Shown piece by piece: positions 59,228 through 64,000 of a stretch of DNA of 64,000 bases. The stretch covers positions 224,001 to 288,000 of the forward strand of contig OY970229.1 in the NCBI GenBank assembly GCA_963714085.1. Reading direction: 5' to 3'. This DNA comes from an uncultured Candidatus Micrarchaeota archaeon (GTDB lineage: Archaea; Micrarchaeota; Micrarchaeia; Anstonellales; Bilamarchaeaceae). The notes below the pieces were generated by a model. That model saw only the letters and a program-made list of their open reading frames with translations. It was not told the DNA's origin and ran no database searches. The position numbers were made by a program, and so were the translations under genes. Within the stretch, counting starts at the first letter, position 1. The number at the start of each line of letters is the position of its first letter.

Positions 59228-60397
59228 CTACTTCGATTCTGCGAGCTGCTTGACCTGTTCAAGCACTCCTAAATCGAATACTTCTTCAAAAGGAGCATTA
59301 AAGTTGTTCACGCAGAACTTATGCAGCATTTTTCTCGCAATTTCATGTACATGCTCCGGATCGCTTTCAGTCAACATCGGCACAGGACCGAAACCGATTC
59401 CTTGTAATGCCTGGAGTATAAGCGCCTCGGATCCACCGTGTTCGGTGACCTTATTCAGAACACCTGCTGATTCACCTTGAACAGCAACATACATCATTAA
59501 TGCCAACTGATGAAAAGGTCGTTTACCATATGAGAGCTCTGCGCTAAGCGGAAACACTTCCTCACTTATCGCTAGCCTGGACTTCAGCTTAGCATGGATC
59601 AGTTCGTGGAAGATTAGGTCGTAGAGCATATCATGGATCGCTTTTTCTCTGTCATCTTCGGTCTTAAACTTGTTGTTCGCACGTGCATCACGGACGTACA
59701 ACGCAATCGCAAGCAGCATCTTGAGGGCATTCTGCTCTGGAACACCCCCATCCAAAGAGATCCGCCTAGCGAGTGAGAAGTATTCATCGGCAGAAGGCTC
59801 GGCGGGAGTAATGAATGCCTGAATGTCATTAGCATGTTGGTCTAATACGACCTGTGGAATTTGAAATGATTTAGAAAGCATCCCGGTTTTCAGATGTTCT
59901 CTGCCCATTTCATATTGTGCAAATTCACGCAGTTTGTCCTCATAAATCAGAATAACCTTCGCTTCATTGAAAGTTCGCCCTAGGATGCCATCCTTAACCT
60001 CTCCTTCTGTCCTTGACAGGACATAGACGTGAGTATCGCCTACAAGGGAATTCTTTCGTACCGTTCCCACAACTACATCTTCGTCTGGAAAGCTTATCAG
60101 AAGGATTTGATCCTTATCTCGGATAAAATGTTCTCCTTCAGGCCTGGAAGCTAACTTCCCGGCAAGTGATTTTACCGCAGGGTTGAGGGCAAACGAAAGC
60201 TGACGTTCCCAATTATCCAAGGAGGTTTCACTAATACTCAGCTTTTCTTTCCGAAGCCAATCGCTAAATTCTTTCATAGACTCCTCTGAAGTACCCATGC
60301 GCTTTGATCCAAAAACACTACGGCAGTTTGCGGCAGCGATTGCGTAAGGCATCGCAACCAGAGGGATTAGGACCTGACGTCTTGAATAAGTTTGCAT
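59228..60397 (-). CDS. Putative Tat-exported HEXXH zinc metallopeptidase-like protein
   Basis: SRRQVL twin-Arg signal followed by Cys; FHELIHA..EE; lower GC than the core genes. Confidence 0.6.
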   Translation of the reverse strand: MQTYSRRQVLIPLVAMPYAIAAANCRSVFGSKRMGTSEESMKEFSDWLRKEKLSISETSLDNWERQLSFALNPAVKSLAGKLASRPEGEHFIRDKDQILLISFPDEDVVVGTVRKNSLVGDTHVYVLSRTEGEVKDGILGRTFNEAKVILIYEDKLREFAQYEMGREHLKTGMLSKSFQIPQVVLDQHANDIQAFITPAEPSADEYFSLARRISLDGGVPEQNALKMLLAIALYVRDARANNKFKTEDDREKAIHDMLYDLIFHELIHAKLKSRLAISEEVFPLSAELSYGKRPFHQLALMMYVAVQGESAGVLNKVTEHGGSEALILQALQGIGFGPVPMLTESDPEHVHEIARKMLHKFCVNNFNAPFEEVFDLGVLEQVKQLAESK

Positions 60398-60482
60398 ATG
60401 TATATAATAATGGCTAAACTTTATAAAACGAATTTATCTTTGCCCTCGACCCTCGCTTTAAAAGCTCTGCTCTCCAGACCGT

Positions 60483-60699
60483 CTTTCGGTCGGACGGACC
60501 CATTGGCCTGAACTCAGGCCAGATCTGAAAGCGCTAGGGCAGGATTTGAGACCAGCTCTGAGGACACCACCAGGGTAAGACCTCAGAGCAGATCAGAATG
60601 CAGGGGACGAGTTCCCCGAGCAGGTCTGAGGTCTGAACCGTCTTTAGCGCTCTGATGTCAAATTTGGCATCAGTCATAAAATAGTCCGTCGGCCGGAAG
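60483..60699 (+). ncRNA. Putative structured leader RNA or recombination site upstream of the integrase
   Basis: Closing stem 60483-60499/60684-60699 encloses several helices; G.T pairs favour the + strand; TTTAAAA at 60457. Confidence 0.6.
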
Positions 60700-60706
60700 T
60701 GATGGC

Positions 60707-61906
60707 ATGGCGGATATAGATTTGTATAACTACCCGAGAAGGCTGAAAAGTGCGATTGATAAGGCGGATAAAGACGCGAAGGTCTGCCCGGACAACAAGC
60801 GGGACATCGTCTCTTTTTCCAAGATCCGGCTCGCGAAGGGTTCGAGCCACGGGCGGGTCGCCAAGGTAGTCTATTGCATGACGAAGTGGGCGAGATGGCT
60901 GGGAAAACCGTTCAGGGAAGCGACCAAAGACGAGCTTATCATGGCCGTGGGCAGCCTGGAAGACGAGGAGCTGTCCGAGTACACGAAATATGATCTGAAA
61001 ATCGTCCTGAAGATGTTCTACAAGTGGCTGGAAGGCAACGACGAGGTGATGCCCGCCAAGATAATCTGGCTCAAGCCGAAGATAAAGAACGAGAGCCACA
61101 AACTGCCGGAGGAACTGCTTAATGAAGAGGAGATTTTGAAGATAGCCGAGGCTACCGAGAACGTCAGGGATAAGGCGTTCGTGCTTATCCTGTATGAATC
61201 CGGCTGCAGAATAGGGGAATTGCTTACTTTGAGGATGAAAAACATCCAATTTGACCAGTACGGGGCCATCCTAAGGGTAAATGGAAAGACGGGGGACAGA
61301 CGGGTAAGGGTTATTAGCTCGGCCCCAGCCTTGGCTTCGTGGATCGGGCTTCACCCTATGGGAAAAGAGCCTGACGCCATGTTATGGCATTCGACCTGGA
61401 GAAACATCAATAGAGGCCAGAGGAACCTGTGCCATGGAACGGTTTACACCTTGCTTAAGCAGTATGCAGCCAAAGCAGGGATAAAGAAACGGATTTATCC
61501 GCACTTATTCAGGCATTCCAGGGCTACTTCTTTGGCTTGTAAATTGACCGAGGCACAGATGAAAGAGCATTTTGGGTGGGTGCAGGGCTCGGATATGGCA
61601 GCCACATATGTTCATCTTTCCGGGCGGGATGTTGACAATGCTCTTCTGAAATTGCAGGGACTGGTTCAAACTCAAGAGACAAAATCCGAGAAACTCAGTG
61701 TACGAGTATGTCCACGGTGCAAGGATCACAATTCGCCGGTCTCGAAATATTGTACTAAGTGCGGCCTTCCACTGGACGAGAACATGATAGCGAAAATCGA
61801 GGAGATGAAAGGGAAGAGTAATAACCTGATGAACCGGCTGATGGATGACGACGAATTCAAGAATTTCATGGTAAAGAGGATATCAGACCTTGGGCTTAGC
61901 CTTTGA
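60707..61906 (+). CDS. Tyrosine recombinase/integrase with a C-terminal zinc ribbon
   Basis: ESGCRIGE, GKTG.R, PHLFRHSRAT, FGW, YVHL; CPRC..CTKCG. Confidence 0.96.
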   Translation: MADIDLYNYPRRLKSAIDKADKDAKVCPDNKRDIVSFSKIRLAKGSSHGRVAKVVYCMTKWARWLGKPFREATKDELIMAVGSLEDEELSEYTKYDLKIVLKMFYKWLEGNDEVMPAKIIWLKPKIKNESHKLPEELLNEEEILKIAEATENVRDKAFVLILYESGCRIGELLTLRMKNIQFDQYGAILRVNGKTGDRRVRVISSAPALASWIGLHPMGKEPDAMLWHSTWRNINRGQRNLCHGTVYTLLKQYAAKAGIKKRIYPHLFRHSRATSLACKLTEAQMKEHFGWVQGSDMAATYVHLSGRDVDNALLKLQGLVQTQETKSEKLSVRVCPRCKDHNSPVSKYCTKCGLPLDENMIAKIEEMKGKSNNLMNRLMDDDEFKNFMVKRISDLGLSL

Positions 61907-62293
61907 TTTGCTTTCCTCTATGAGTTTATTGAGTTTAACCGCCCAAGCCGGGAGCTGCTTTTCGAGCTCTTTTTGTTCGGAGTCTGACATGATTGAAATC
62001 AGATTGAAGGACTACTTATTGGTTGATGGAAAATTTGATGCTGGGATGTTAAAGGTTCGAATCGTCCGAAAATGGCATATGCTCGGAAATCTGATTTCGG
62101 GTCAGTGCGCCTTACAAGGGAAGGTAACAACCTTTTTCGACCTTCGACACAGGTCGACTAGCGCCTAATGGCGTTAGAGCGTCATGGGCTAATCTTCAAA
62201 TAGGCTGCAGTCTAATATGATAATAGCGAGGAAAGGAACTGGAATCGAACAGCCCAGGAAAAGATAAAAGAATATTGGAAAGCGGACGAAATA

Positions 62294-63130
62294 GTGATTT
62301 ATATGGACCGCATCGATCAAGCATTAGCGAATCAAATACTAGACATGGGAAAGTTAATTCACATGTGGGGAGTTGAGGATGCGAGTTCATCTTTAAACTC
62401 AGCAAAAAGAGATTATTCAGCTAATGATTATAACCACGCAGTCGATTCGATGACTGATTGTAGCGAACGAATAGCCAAAGGCACCATTTTGTTACACCTA
62501 ATAGCTCTAGACCCCAAAAAGTTCAGATTCAATTTGAGACGTAAGAAAGAACTTCTTGATAACTACTCCCATTACCGTTCTCTTATTGAAAAAGGTATCG
62601 GGCACGATACGCCGAAGATTTTTCATGAAATATTGAGCTATTATTCGGAATCTACTGGGACTGTCGATTACCAGGCCTTTCAAGCATTCGAGAAAAATTT
62701 AGGTTGCGATGAAGATGGTATACTGAAAAACTTGGATAAGATTAAATATGACGAAGTCCATGCAGCTGTTACCGCGGCTCTTAACCAAATAAAAACATCA
62801 ACAGAATCCTCAGTTGGTTCAACTGCCGATGCGATGCTCGCAAATTCCGGAATGTTTAATCCGGTTGCAGCATCACTAGGCATCGAGAAAAAAACTGCGT
62901 TAGATACATATGAGAAGCATCACCTACTGGATCTTGATTCCGACGTATTAATACATACGAAAATATTTTCCTACTGGTATAGGAACTCAATCAGATACCG
63001 AGACAATCCCAAAAGAATAGATTTTAACAAAGAAGAATATCGTTGGTTTGTCGATGTGATTCCCGAGAACTTCGCGCTATTTGAAAAGGACATTGCCATA
63101 CTGCGTGGAATCTCTCGTAAAAAGGATTGA
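62294..63130 (+). CDS. HEPN-like domain protein
   Basis: SLNSAKRDY..DYNHAV..SERIAKG..GHD..IRY pattern; AT-rich. Confidence 0.55.
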   Translation: MIYMDRIDQALANQILDMGKLIHMWGVEDASSSLNSAKRDYSANDYNHAVDSMTDCSERIAKGTILLHLIALDPKKFRFNLRRKKELLDNYSHYRSLIEKGIGHDTPKIFHEILSYYSESTGTVDYQAFQAFEKNLGCDEDGILKNLDKIKYDEVHAAVTAALNQIKTSTESSVGSTADAMLANSGMFNPVAASLGIEKKTALDTYEKHHLLDLDSDVLIHTKIFSYWYRNSIRYRDNPKRIDFNKEEYRWFVDVIPENFALFEKDIAILRGISRKKD

Positions 63131-63134
63131 GAAA

Positions 63135-63875
63135 ATGAATGATGAAACTACCAAGAAACTTCAAGAGATTCGGAACCGGTTCGACAAACTAGAAGAAGCT
63201 GTTAAAATTAAAGACGTCGCTATCAGAAAGATAGTTGATGAAGTTGGCTTAGCTAATGTAAAACCGCGTAGCCTTGCTCACTATCTTCTTCTATGGGGGT
63301 TATTCTCAAAATCCAATGTTATTGATAAAGAGTTGCGGCGTGAGCTTGAAGAAAGTAATCCTTGGCCTTTTTTTATTCTACTCAGGCATCAACTTGAGAT
63401 GTCTGCTACGGTAAATTGGGTACTAAAAAATGAAGATGTTGAAAAAATTGCATTTGGAACAAAACCTTACGATAAAGAAGACAAACGACTTGGAATGCCC
63501 ATAGGGTATCTTTCTAGGCCAGATATCGTGTGGCTTAACATTCCACATATAATGGACTTAATCCGGGAAATGGATAAAGAAATTAGGAAAAAAAGATCTC
63601 CCAATGATATTGAAAAGGATGGTTTTACATCAATTGAAGCAATTTATGGATTATTATCAGATTTATGCCACCCAAACGCCTTCGGACTTCATCTTTTTTT
63701 TAATTCAGCAGCGCGCACACCAAGAAAATTTACTACACACCCAAAATTTGAAGGTGAGCAACTAGATTATTGCACAAAATTTTATATTGAAATCTCAGAA
63801 TTCCTTATAACAGCGTTAGAGCTATACGTTTCTCATATTGAGGAAAAAATTGAAGAACTAGCAAAAAGAGTCTGA
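63135..63875 (+). CDS. Helical accessory protein (DUF5677/HEPN-like)
   Basis: LLRHQLE and IYGLLSDLCHPN motifs; very AT-rich. Confidence 0.5.
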   Translation: MNDETTKKLQEIRNRFDKLEEAVKIKDVAIRKIVDEVGLANVKPRSLAHYLLLWGLFSKSNVIDKELRRELEESNPWPFFILLRHQLEMSATVNWVLKNEDVEKIAFGTKPYDKEDKRLGMPIGYLSRPDIVWLNIPHIMDLIREMDKEIRKKRSPNDIEKDGFTSIEAIYGLLSDLCHPNAFGLHLFFNSAARTPRKFTTHPKFEGEQLDYCTKFYIEISEFLITALELYVSHIEEKIEELAKRV

Positions 63876-64000
63876 TAAGCATGGTAGGGTACGAGAATCA
63901 TAAGTGGAAGTCGAATCCCTTCGTGATCGACCCGGTGCCGGACAGACACCTCCATAATCGAGGACATCCGCTCTAAGGTGGAGCTTCTTTAGTAATTTGA

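Noticed and set aside
60529..60556. tRNA 3'-end att remnant (reverse complement of TCAAATCCTGCCCTAGCGC)
   Set aside because: T-loop-like, but with an extra base and a T-T stem mismatch, and no anticodon or D arm; the segment is better explained by pairing with 60642-60651. Not fully excluded without the genome's tRNA set
60603..60660. Fluoride riboswitch or hammerhead ribozyme
   Set aside because: GGGGACGAG..AACCG..CTGATG is superficially similar, but the pseudoknot complement is missing, and no GAAA core follows CTGAGGA
60707..61906. Classical integron integrase (IntI) with attC sites, or an SSV-type split integrase
   Set aside because: No recognisable IntI-specific insertion or GTTRRRY-bounded attC; the gene is intact and has a zinc-ribbon tail
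62044..62070. tRNA gene at GGTTCGAATC
   Set aside because: No T-stem pairing and no cloverleaf

Overview
Archaeal chromosomal window, most consistent with a DPANN (Micrarchaeota-like) genome; this is inferred from an unlinked 23S rRNA gene, archaeal TATA/GGTG signals and a form II/III RuBisCO. Housekeeping content: 23S rRNA (minus strand), aroB, aroA, gdhA, a split suf cluster (sufB/sufD-like vs sufC/sufS/sufU), cyclophilin, RbgA-type GTPase, uppP, BI-1/YccA and two EamA transporters. Highlights: (1) a tyrosine recombinase with a ~215-nt, fully enclosed multi-hairpin leader, whose 3' half recurs 1.7 kb upstream with structure-preserving changes and brackets a single cargo gene; (2) a MilB/DNPH1-like nucleotide hydrolase fused to a thymidylate-synthase-fold domain, coupled to a SAM methyltransferase and divergent from a TrmB regulator; (3) three ORF-less bulge-helix-bulge introns in the 23S functional core whose predicted splicing restores the consensus exactly; (4) six tandem receiver-like genes, five lacking the phospho-Asp and each of those five behind its own promoter copy; (5) a MoxR-ankyrin-VWA operon and a solo tnpB lying between the two suf halves; (6) a fic gene framed by GTAGTCACC repeats; (7) two probable ATA start codons. 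All protein calls come from motif recognition by eye; no searches or folding programs were run.
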